This document shows, one piece after another, positions 56,908 to 64,000 of a stretch of 64,000 nt of DNA. The notes under the pieces are model-generated. The model was not told where the DNA came from and searched no databases. It saw only the letters and a list, made by a program, of their open reading frames with translations. This stretch comes from Anaeromyxobacter sp. GTDB lineage: Bacteria; Myxococcota; Myxococcia; Myxococcales; Anaeromyxobacteraceae. The translations under genes and the position numbers were made by a program. Location: NCBI GenBank assembly GCA_049840735.1, contig JASGJN010000022.1:160001-224000 (forward strand), in the 5' to 3' direction. Numbering within the stretch: the stretch's first letter is position 1; each line of letters begins with the position of its first letter.

Positions 56908-59658
56908 ATGCGCAACGTTCGGATCGGGACCATGGTCGCCCTGGCCATGGGGAGCCTGGTGGTGCTGCTGGGCGTGCTGGCGGCCACCTCCTGGTTCTCG
57001 CTGGAGCGTGAGGCCAAGGTCCGCCAGCAGCTCTCCGAGGAGACCTACCCCGCGGTCCAGGCCTTCGACACGCTGATGGCCGCGCAGGCCCGGGAGCAGC
57101 AGGCCCTGACCGCGCTGCTGGTCCCCGAGCTGCGCGACCGCGCCCGCGACGCCGCCCACAAGAGCCTGGCCGACGGCCGCTTCGAGATGGACGCCAGCCT
57201 GTCCCGCCTCGACAAGCTGCCCCGCACCCCCGAGATCGAGGCGGCCTGGACCGCGGACAAGGCCGCCGTCAACGCCTGGATCGCCTCCACCGAGACCATC
57301 GTAGACTCCGTCCAGCCCTACGAGGACCTGCTGGCGCAGCTCGACCCGCCGGCCAAGCCGAAGGAGCTGGCCGAGGCGCGGGTCGCCGCCTGGGAGGCGT
57401 ACGGCCAGAGCCTGGAGGCGTTCAAGGAGGCCGACGCGCGGCTGGTGGCGGCGCGCCAGGCGGTGCTCTCGCAGTCCGGCGAGTCCAAGGCCGCCGCCCT
57501 CTCGGCCGAGCGGAAGACCCGCGTCGCGCTGGTGGCCACCGCCGCGGCCATCCTGGTGCTGGGCGTGCTGCTGACCGTGCTGATCCGGCGCGCGGTGGCC
57601 CGGGCCGTGACCGGGCTGGTCCGCGAGGCCGGCGCGCTGGGCGAGGCGGTGGAGGCCGGGCAGCTCGGGGCCCGCGCCTCGGCCGAGCACGTCCAGGAGG
57701 AGTTCCGCCCGGTGGTGGAGCGCATGAACGAGGTCATGGACGCCTTCGCGCGCCCCATCGCCGTGACGGTGGAGGCGCTCACCACGCTGGCCGCCGGCGA
57801 GGCCCCGGCCTACATCGAGGAGCCGTACGCCGGCGACTTCGACAAGATCAAGACCAGCGTCAACGACCTGATCCGCGTGGTGAAGCAGCGCGGCAAGGAC
57901 CTGGACCTGCTCATCGCCGCGGCGGTGGAGGGGCGGCTCGACTACCGGGCCAATCCCTCGAGGTATCAAGGCGGCAACGCGCGCCTCATCACCGCGCTCA
58001 ACCAGATGCTGGACGCGCTGGTGTCGCCGCTCCAGGTGGCGGCCGGCACCGTGGACCGGATCGCCCGCGGCGACCTCCCGCCGCCCATCACCGCCGAGTA
58101 CCGGGGCGACTTCGACCTCCTCAAGCAGAACCTCAACACCTGCGTGGCCGCAGTCCACGCGCTGGTGGAGGACGTGCAGCAGCTGGCCGGCGCCGCCGTG
58201 CGGGGCCAGCTCTCGGTCCGCGCCGACCCGTCGCGCCACCTGGGCGAGTTCCGCGCGGTGGTGGAGGGGCTCAACGCCACGCTGGACGCGGTGGTGGGCC
58301 CGGTGGACGTGGCCGCCCGCGCGGTGGAGCAGATCGCGCGGGGCGAGATCCCCCCGCCCATCCCCGAGCAGGCGGGCGACTTCAGCCGGCTGCGGGACAA
58401 CCTCAACACCTGCATCGCCGCGGTCAACGCGCTGGTGCGCGACACCGACCTCCTGGCGCAGGCCGCGCTGGAGGGGCGCCTCTCGGTGCGCGCCGACGCG
58501 GCCCGCCACCAGGGGCAGTTCCGCGAGGTGGTGGAGGGGGCCAACCGGACGGTGGAGGCGCTGCTGGCGCCGGTGGTGGAGTCCACCGGCGTGCTGGAGC
58601 GGCTGGCCGCCCGCGACCTGCGGGCGCGCGTGACCGGCTCGTTCCCCGGCGACCACGCCCGCGCCAAGGACGCCGTCAACCGGACCGCCGAGGCGCTGCA
58701 CGAGGCGCTCTCGCAGGTCTCGGCGGCGGTGGACCAGGTCTCCGGCGCCTCGGCCCAGATCGCCTCCTCCTCGCAGGCCGTGGCCTCCGGCGCCTCCGAG
58801 CAGGCCTCCTCGCTGCAGGAGACCACCAGCTCCATCGGCGCCGTGGCGCAGATGATCGAGCGCGCCACCGACCACGCCCACGCGGCGGACCGGATTGCCA
58901 GGACCGCGCGGGCGGCCGCCGACGAGGGGACCGCCGCGGTGGACCACCTGCAGCAGACCATGGGGCGGATCAAGGCCTCGGCCGAGGGGACCAGCCAGAT
59001 CATCCGCGACGTCTCGGACATCGCCTTCCAGACCAACCTGCTGGCCCTCAACGCCGCCGTCGAGGCGGCCCGGGCCGGCGACGCCGGCCGCGGGTTCGCG
59101 GTGGTGGCCGAGGAGGTCCGCTCGCTGGCCATGCGGGCCAAGGAGGCGGCGGGCAAGACCGAGGAGCTGATCCGGCAGTCGGTCAAGGAGACCGAGCAGG
59201 GCGAGCAGGCGGCGCGCCAGGTCTCCGGGCAGCTGGCGCAGATCCAGCAGGGCGTCTCCAAGGTCAGCGACGCGGTGGCGGAGATCGCCGCGGCGGCCCG
59301 CGAGCAGAGCTCGGGCATCGCCCAGGTCAACCGGGCGGTGACCGAGATGGACAAGGTCACCCAGCAGAACGCGGCCTCGGCCGAGGAGTCGTCCTCGGCG
59401 GCCAGCGAGCTCTCCAGCCAGGCCGCCGATCTGGCCAGCATGGTGAGCGCGTTCCGGCTGGAGCAGGGTGGGCCCTCCGCCGGCCCTCGCGCCGTGGCCG
59501 GCGCCCCGCGGCGTCCGGCCCTGGCACCCGCCGCGGCGGCCGCACCCGCCGCGCCGGCCAGGCCGGCCAGGCCGGTCACGCCGGCCGGGCGCGCCCCGAC
59601 CGCGGGGGGAGCGGATCCGTTCCCCATGGACGACCCGGGGGAGATCAGGGACTTCTGA
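56908..59658 (+). CDS. Methyl-accepting chemotaxis protein with poly-HAMP array
   Basis: Two TM segments, repeated HAMP units, [31 protein letters not shown]-terminal pentapeptide EIRDF. Confidence 0.95.
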   Translation: MRNVRIGTMVALAMGSLVVLLGVLAATSWFSLEREAKVRQQLSEETYPAVQAFDTLMAAQAREQQALTALLVPELRDRARDAAHKSLADGRFEMDASLSRLDKLPRTPEIEAAWTADKAAVNAWIASTETIVDSVQPYEDLLAQLDPPAKPKELAEARVAAWEAYGQSLEAFKEADARLVAARQAVLSQSGESKAAALSAERKTRVALVATAAAILVLGVLLTVLIRRAVARAVTGLVREAGALGEAVEAGQLGARASAEHVQEEFRPVVERMNEVMDAFARPIAVTVEALTTLAAGEAPAYIEEPYAGDFDKIKTSVNDLIRVVKQRGKDLDLLIAAAVEGRLDYRANPSRYQGGNARLITALNQMLDALVSPLQVAAGTVDRIARGDLPPPITAEYRGDFDLLKQNLNTCVAAVHALVEDVQQLAGAAVRGQLSVRADPSRHLGEFRAVVEGLNATLDAVVGPVDVAARAVEQIARGEIPPPIPEQAGDFSRLRDNLNTCIAAVNALVRDTDLLAQAALEGRLSVRADAARHQGQFREVVEGANRTVEALLAPVVESTGVLERLAARDLRARVTGSFPGDHARAKDAVNRTAEALHEALSQVSAAVDQVSGASAQIASSSQAVASGASEQASSLQETTSSIGAVAQMIERATDHAHAADRIARTARAAADEGTAAVDHLQQTMGRIKASAEGTSQIIRDVSDIAFQTNLLALNAAVEAARAGDAGRGFAVVAEEVRSLAMRAKEAAGKTEELIRQSVKETEQGEQAARQVSGQLAQIQQGVSKVSDAVAEIAAAAREQSSGIAQVNRAVTEMDKVTQQNAASAEESSSAASELSSQAADLASMVSAFRLEQGGPSAGPRAVAGAPRRPALAPAAAAAPAAPARPARPVTPAGRAPTAGGADPFPMDDPGEIRDF

Positions 59659-59714
59659 GGAGGCGCGGCTCCAGGTCCCCTAGCCTGCCAGCCCCGACCC
59701 GAGGCCCGGCGGCG

Positions 59715-59798
59715 CCCTTCGACTCCGCCGCGGCCTCGCCGCGGCGACGCTCGGGGCGAACGGGCCTCCGAGGCCGTTCGGGCTGAGCCCCTCGAACG
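59715..59798. repeat. REP-like repeat plus truncated inverted partner
   Basis: CCCTTCGACTCCG-hairpin-CGACGCTCGGGGCGAACGG, then CCGTTCGGGCTGAGC. Confidence 0.8.
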
Positions 59799-59820
59799 AC
59801 CCAGGCACCCACCGGTGGAC

Positions 59821-60303
59821 CTACCGGTGCGGACGCGAGCCGCTGCCTGTGAGGCCGCCGCTCCGGCCGGCGCCCGTCGGGGCCTTCCGCGCGGCGGCGC
59901 GCTGCGCGGCCTGGGCGCGGATGCGCCGGGCCATGGGGCCGTCCACCTCGCGCACGTGCTCGCGCAGCCAGGCGCTGAGCCAGCTGGCCAGCTCCAGCAC
60001 GCCGCTGAGGCTGGGCGCCTCGTTGAGCGCGCGCACCTGGTGGAAGTACTGATCGGCGAAGGCCCGGTGCAGCCGCGCGTGCGCCTCGCGGTACGGATCG
60101 CGGGCCAGCTCCATCTCCGCCTCCTCGGCGGCGAAGTGCTGGGCGGTGTAGCGGCGCAGGCCGGCCAGGATGGCCGGGACCTGCTCCAGCGCGCGCTGCT
60201 TCATGGCCTCGCGCAGCGTGCCCACCAGCCGGTAGAGCTCGCGGTGCTGCCCGTCGATGTCCGCGACGCCGGACGACAGGTCCTCGGTCCATTCCCCAGC
60301 CAT
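59821..60303 (-). CDS. Bacteriohemerythrin
   Basis: WTEDLSSGVADIDGQHREL, HFAAEE, HARLH, WLREHVREVD. Confidence 0.9.
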   Translation of the reverse strand: MAGEWTEDLSSGVADIDGQHRELYRLVGTLREAMKQRALEQVPAILAGLRRYTAQHFAAEEAEMELARDPYREAHARLHRAFADQYFHQVRALNEAPSLSGVLELASWLSAWLREHVREVDGPMARRIRAQAAQRAAARKAPTGAGRSGGLTGSGSRPHR

Positions 60304-60453
60304 GATCAGAGCGTAACCAGCCGCGCGTGGGCTGTCTGCCGGGCGGCTGCTGACACCGCGGCGCGGGACGGGACAGGCTCTCGCACGCGGATGCTCGGTC
60401 CGCGCGGGGCGGGCGCCGGGCGCGGCAGGTCCCCTGCCCGCCAGACACCCGAA

Positions 60454-60624
60454 TCAGAACAACAGGGCGATCCCCCCCGGCGCAGGGACGAGGGTGACGC
60501 CCTTCACCAGCCGCGACTGGAGGAGCGGCACGCTCACGCCCACCGCCGTGCCCGCGGCCGCGCCGGCCAGCACGTCGGTCATCCAGTGGGCGGGGGCGCG
60601 GCGCGCTCGCGGCCGGCGGGTCAC
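60454..60624 (-). pseudogene. PAP2 phosphatase remnant (internal deletion)
   Basis: GTG overlaps the upstream TGA; MTRRPRARRAPAHWMTDVLAGAAAGTAVGVSVPLL..IALLF, only the last PAP2 motif remains. Confidence 0.65.
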
Positions 60625-61529
60625 GGCGGGCCGACCACGTCGAAGAAGTCCGGGCGATCGGTCTCGATCACGTCCGGCGCGGCGGCCCAGGTGTCGAGGA
60701 GGTCCTGGTCCTCGTTGATGGTCCAGAGGATGACGCGCTTCCCGGTGCCGTGGATCCCGGCGACCACGCTGGCGTCCATGCGCTCGCTGCCGGGGGCGTA
60801 CTTGAAGGAGATGCCGGTGGCGCCGCGCTCGTGGGCCGCGCCCAGCGGGGCGTCCACGTCGCCGAGCGAGACCACGAAGCTGTAGAGCGGCGTGCGCTTG
60901 TCCACCACGCCGTCGAGGAAGTTGAGCTGCGAGGTCTCCGCCAGCACGCGGCCGTCGAGCTGGTGGAGCCGGACCAGCCGGTCCACCTCGTTGGCCATGT
61001 GCTTGGCCTCCTCGACGCCGATGGAGCGGCAGTACTGCCCCTTGATGTCGAGGGAGATCAACTTCTCCGGCTGGAGCCCGGAGATGGCCTGGAAGACCTC
61101 GTCGACGCGGACGTAGTGCTGGATGCAGGTCTCGGAGGAGCCGGCCGCGCAGGGCTGGCCGCCGTCGCAGTAGGCCACGGCGTCGATCTGCGCGTCGGAC
61201 AGGTCCTGGAAGCAGCCGATCTGGTTGCCGGCGCAGTCCAGCGTCTCGTTGTCGTGGCCCAGCCAGAGCGTCTTGTCGGCGGTGATCTGGATGTCCACCT
61301 CGGCCCCGTCGAGCGTCTCGAAGCCGTGCAGCACCGCCGGCAGGGTGTTGGGCATGCAGGACAGGCCGGGGCCGCAGTCATGGCCGCCGCCGCGGTGCAT
61401 CAGCACCACGGTGGGGCTCCAGCCTTCGACCGGCGCGTCGGGCAGGTAGTCGAACTTGGAGCAGCCGCCCAGCAGCAGCCCCGCGGCCAGCGCGATCAGC
61501 GGCCGAAGCGGTAGACGAGATCCAGGCAT
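60621..61529 (-). CDS. Glycerophosphodiester phosphodiesterase family lipoprotein
   Basis: Lipobox LGGC; MHRG, NTLPA, GAEVDIQ, LGHD, DIK, WTIN, IETDRP. Confidence 0.85.
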   Translation of the reverse strand: MPGSRLPLRPLIALAAGLLLGGCSKFDYLPDAPVEGWSPTVVLMHRGGGHDCGPGLSCMPNTLPAVLHGFETLDGAEVDIQITADKTLWLGHDNETLDCAGNQIGCFQDLSDAQIDAVAYCDGGQPCAAGSSETCIQHYVRVDEVFQAISGLQPEKLISLDIKGQYCRSIGVEEAKHMANEVDRLVRLHQLDGRVLAETSQLNFLDGVVDKRTPLYSFVVSLGDVDAPLGAAHERGATGISFKYAPGSERMDASVVAGIHGTGKRVILWTINEDQDLLDTWAAAPDVIETDRPDFFDVVGPP

Positions 61530-62110
61530 AGGCTCGGGTTCCAGTGCGTGGGGTGGGCGAAGTTGTCGTCCTGCTTCCGGTGCGAGTCGAGGGCGAAGCT
61601 GAAGGCCACCCCGGCGTCCAGCTTGAGCGAGAAGCGCGCGTCCAGGTCCTTCACCAGGTAGCCGCCCGCGATGATCGACATGTTCTTCCAGTCGTAGTTG
61701 GGGTCGGACTCGGTCCAGTAGAGCGCCTTCAGGTCCCAGCCCCACTCCAGCGTCTTGATGCGCTCGCCCAGCGCGTGGGCGAAGGCCAGGCCCAGGGAGG
61801 TGGAGTGGGAGTTGCCGGTGAAGCCGAACCCGACCAGCCCCTCGAACGCGGCCCGCTCGTCCAGGTGATAGCTGGCGCCGGCGTGGATCACCTCGTAGAA
61901 GCCCACGCCGCCCAGGGCCGCCCAGCCCCTGCGCACCACCGCGGGCGCGGCCAGCGGCGTGGCGGGCTGCCCGGGGGCCGGCGCAGGGGCCGGCGCCGCG
62001 GCGGGCGGGTCGGCGGGGGGAGTGGCCGGCTCGTCGGCGCGCGCGGCAGGGCTCGCGGCGGCGCCCAGCCACAGGAGGACCGCCCAGGGACGGATGCGCA
62101 TGCCACGCAT
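61496..62110 (-). CDS. Putative small outer-membrane beta-barrel protein
   Basis: Signal peptide, Pro/Ala linker, alternating amphipathic strands, C-terminal LDLVYRF; start uncertain. Confidence 0.65.
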   Translation of the reverse strand: MRGMRIRPWAVLLWLGAAASPAARADEPATPPADPPAAAPAPAPAPGQPATPLAAPAVVRRGWAALGGVGFYEVIHAGASYHLDERAAFEGLVGFGFTGNSHSTSLGLAFAHALGERIKTLEWGWDLKALYWTESDPNYDWKNMSIIAGGYLVKDLDARFSLKLDAGVAFSFALDSHRKQDDNFAHPTHWNPSLCLDLVYRFGR

Positions 62111-62150
62111 GGTGACAGCCGGGGCCGTCCCGGCAAACAGGACCAAGGGC

Positions 62151-63089
62151 CTAACGCGATCGCACGCTGGCCGACAGCTCCAGGTAGTCCAGGAAGTCGC
62201 TGCGATCGGTGAGGATCACGTCCGGCGCCATGCCCCAGGCCGGCGCGATGTCCTCCACCTTGGCCTGCGGGTCCGGGACCGGCCAGATGATCACCCGCAG
62301 GCCGCGGTTGCGGAGCCCCGCCGGGAAGGACGGGTCGAGCGGCTCGCTGGTGTAGCGGTAGGAGATGCCGTCCGCGCCCTCGCGATCCGCGTCGGCGATG
62401 ATGGGATCGGCCTCGGCGTACCCCTCCACGAACAGGTAGGTGGGCGTGCCGTTGTCCTTGAAGCGGCGCATGAAGGTCACGTAGTCCGACTCGACCAGCA
62501 GCCGCCACTCCATGCCGTGGGCGCGGGTCAGCGCGTCGATCCGGTCGGCCATGGTCTTCGACTCGTCCAGACCCAGCGAGCCGCAGAGCTGGTCCTTCAC
62601 GTCCAGCGCCAGCAGGTCCTGCGTCAGGGCCGGGTCGGTGGAGAAGCGCTGGAAGACCTCCTCCAGCCGGACGTAGTGCTGCACGCAGCCGTCGCCCTCC
62701 GGGTCGGTGCAGGGCTGGGCGGTGGCGACGTCGCAGCTGGCCACCGCGTCGATGGCGGTGTCGCGCAGCTCCTGGAAGCAGCCCACCACCGCGCCGGCGG
62801 TGGCGCCTCCCAGCGGATCGCTGCAGTCGTAGACGTCGTTGTCGTGGCCCAGCCAGAGCGTGCCGTCGCGGCTCAGCTGCAGGTCCATCTCCACGCCGTC
62901 GTAGAGGCTGGCGCCGTAGAGCATGGCCGGCATGGTGTTCTCGCGGATCTCCGGGTTGTTGGCCCCGGCCCCGCGGTGCATGAGGATCAGCGGCCGGTCC
63001 AGCGGCTCCACCGGCCCGCGATCCACCTGGGTGAACTGATCGCAGCCGCCGGCGAGGAGGGCGGCCAGCGCGAGCGCGCGTCTCACCAT
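62151..63089 (-). CDS. Glycerophosphodiester phosphodiesterase family lipoprotein
   Basis: Lipobox LAGGC; MHRG, ENTMPA, GVEMDLQ, LGHD, DVK, ILTDR. Confidence 0.85.
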   Translation of the reverse strand: MVRRALALAALLAGGCDQFTQVDRGPVEPLDRPLILMHRGAGANNPEIRENTMPAMLYGASLYDGVEMDLQLSRDGTLWLGHDNDVYDCSDPLGGATAGAVVGCFQELRDTAIDAVASCDVATAQPCTDPEGDGCVQHYVRLEEVFQRFSTDPALTQDLLALDVKDQLCGSLGLDESKTMADRIDALTRAHGMEWRLLVESDYVTFMRRFKDNGTPTYLFVEGYAEADPIIADADREGADGISYRYTSEPLDPSFPAGLRNRGLRVIIWPVPDPQAKVEDIAPAWGMAPDVILTDRSDFLDYLELSASVRSR

Positions 63090-63694
63090 GTGTCGAACCT
63101 GTACCTGAGCTCGAGCCCGGCGAAGCCGTTCCAGCGCGTCGGGTACTCGAAGTTGACGTTCTGCTTGCGGTCCGCGCCCACGTCGAAGGTGAGCGCCACG
63201 CCGGCGTGCGGGACGAGGAAGAGGTCAGGCCGCAGCTGCATGGCGCCGTACGCGCCCAGCTCGAGGGTGACGAGCTTCCAGTCGTAGTCGGAGGTGGAGC
63301 GCGTCCAGTAGAGCGCCCGGGTCAGCAGGCCGGCGTCGGCGAGGGTCACGCCCGCACCCGTGGGGAGCCGGGGCGCGGCCCAGAACGCGTAGCGCCAGTC
63401 GAGGCCGGCGGTGTACGTGTCCTCGCCGCCCGTGCCGAGGCTGGAGCCGAGCAGCGCGCCGATGGAGGAGCGCGGGCCGGGCTGGTAGGAGCCGACCACG
63501 TAGAAGCGCTCGTAGCTCGCGGCGCCGCCGTGGACCTGCCAGGCGTGGTTCCAGTCCGGCGCGGCCGGCTCGGCCGCTGGCGGGATGACGGGCGCTGCGG
63601 CCGCCGCCTCCGCCGGTGGCCCGGCGCCTTCCTCGGCCAGCGCCGGCGGCGCGAGGAGGAGCGCCAGGACGGCCAGTGCGCTGCGTGCGGACAC
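63083..63694 (-). CDS. Putative small outer-membrane beta-barrel protein, paralogue of 61496-62110
   Basis: Signal peptide; shares ALYWT..YDWK, GVA..RKQ..NF..PT.WN and YRF with its paralogue. Confidence 0.65.
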   Translation of the reverse strand: MSARSALAVLALLLAPPALAEEGAGPPAEAAAAAPVIPPAAEPAAPDWNHAWQVHGGAASYERFYVVGSYQPGPRSSIGALLGSSLGTGGEDTYTAGLDWRYAFWAAPRLPTGAGVTLADAGLLTRALYWTRSTSDYDWKLVTLELGAYGAMQLRPDLFLVPHAGVALTFDVGADRKQNVNFEYPTRWNGFAGLELRYRFDTW

Positions 63695-63800
63695 GGAACT
63701 CCCTTCCCGCAGGCCGGACCATCCGACCTGCTGCGCCCACTATAGGAGAGCGGGCCCGGGCCGGAACCGGGACCAAGGTCGCACGCGGCACGGGAGCGCC

Positions 63801-64000
63801 CTAGAGCCCCGTGGCGCCGCCGGCCGGCGCGGGGCGCGGGGTGGGGCCGACCGGCTGGACCAGCGGGGCGGGCCGGCCGGCGAACGTGTACAGGTGGTAG
63901 CGCCCGGCCTGGCCGGCGGGGCGGAAGCTCCCCGCGATGGCCTGCACCACCGGCGTGCCCAGGTGGCGCGGGTTGGGGCCGGCCAGGTCGGGGTGCTCGA
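63801..64000 (-). CDS. C-terminal end of a gene that starts beyond the window
   Basis: Open frame EHPDLAGPNPRHLG..GRYHLYTF..GL* with GC3-rich codons. Confidence 0.5.
   Translation of the reverse strand, partial: EHPDLAGPNPRHLGTPVVQAIAGSFRPAGQAGRYHLYTFAGRPAPLVQPVGPTPRPAPAGGATGL

Overview
Very GC-rich bacterial chromosome segment whose gene content resembles Anaeromyxobacter/Myxococcota (inference). It is mostly housekeeping and metabolic genes: nadE, tkt, tldD/tldE, a sugar ABC transporter, treY/malQ, gluQ, miaE, an M16 peptidase, ppa, hisC, hisS, pepA, queF, two OPT transporters, an MCP and two hemerythrins. Many genes look frameshifted, but most breaks are one-base errors at or beside GATC. 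This suggests a methylation-linked sequencing artefact rather than pseudogenes. Main accessory findings: (1) a complete IS110/IS1111-type element inserted into a REP-like palindrome, with a structured 3' non-coding region holding matches to both strands of its own target, as expected for a bridge/seekRNA; (2) an HNH-endonuclease gene bracketed by a 24-31 bp direct repeat, several related palindromes and a ~720 bp C-rich hexamer tract, a candidate uncharacterised mobile element; (3) a tandem pair of [small outer-membrane beta-barrel + Cys-rich GDPD lipoprotein] modules followed by an internally deleted PAP2 gene; (4) an orphan N6-adenine methyltransferase and a gluzincin-like protein between two OPT paralogues. 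No rRNA, tRNA or CRISPR array was seen.
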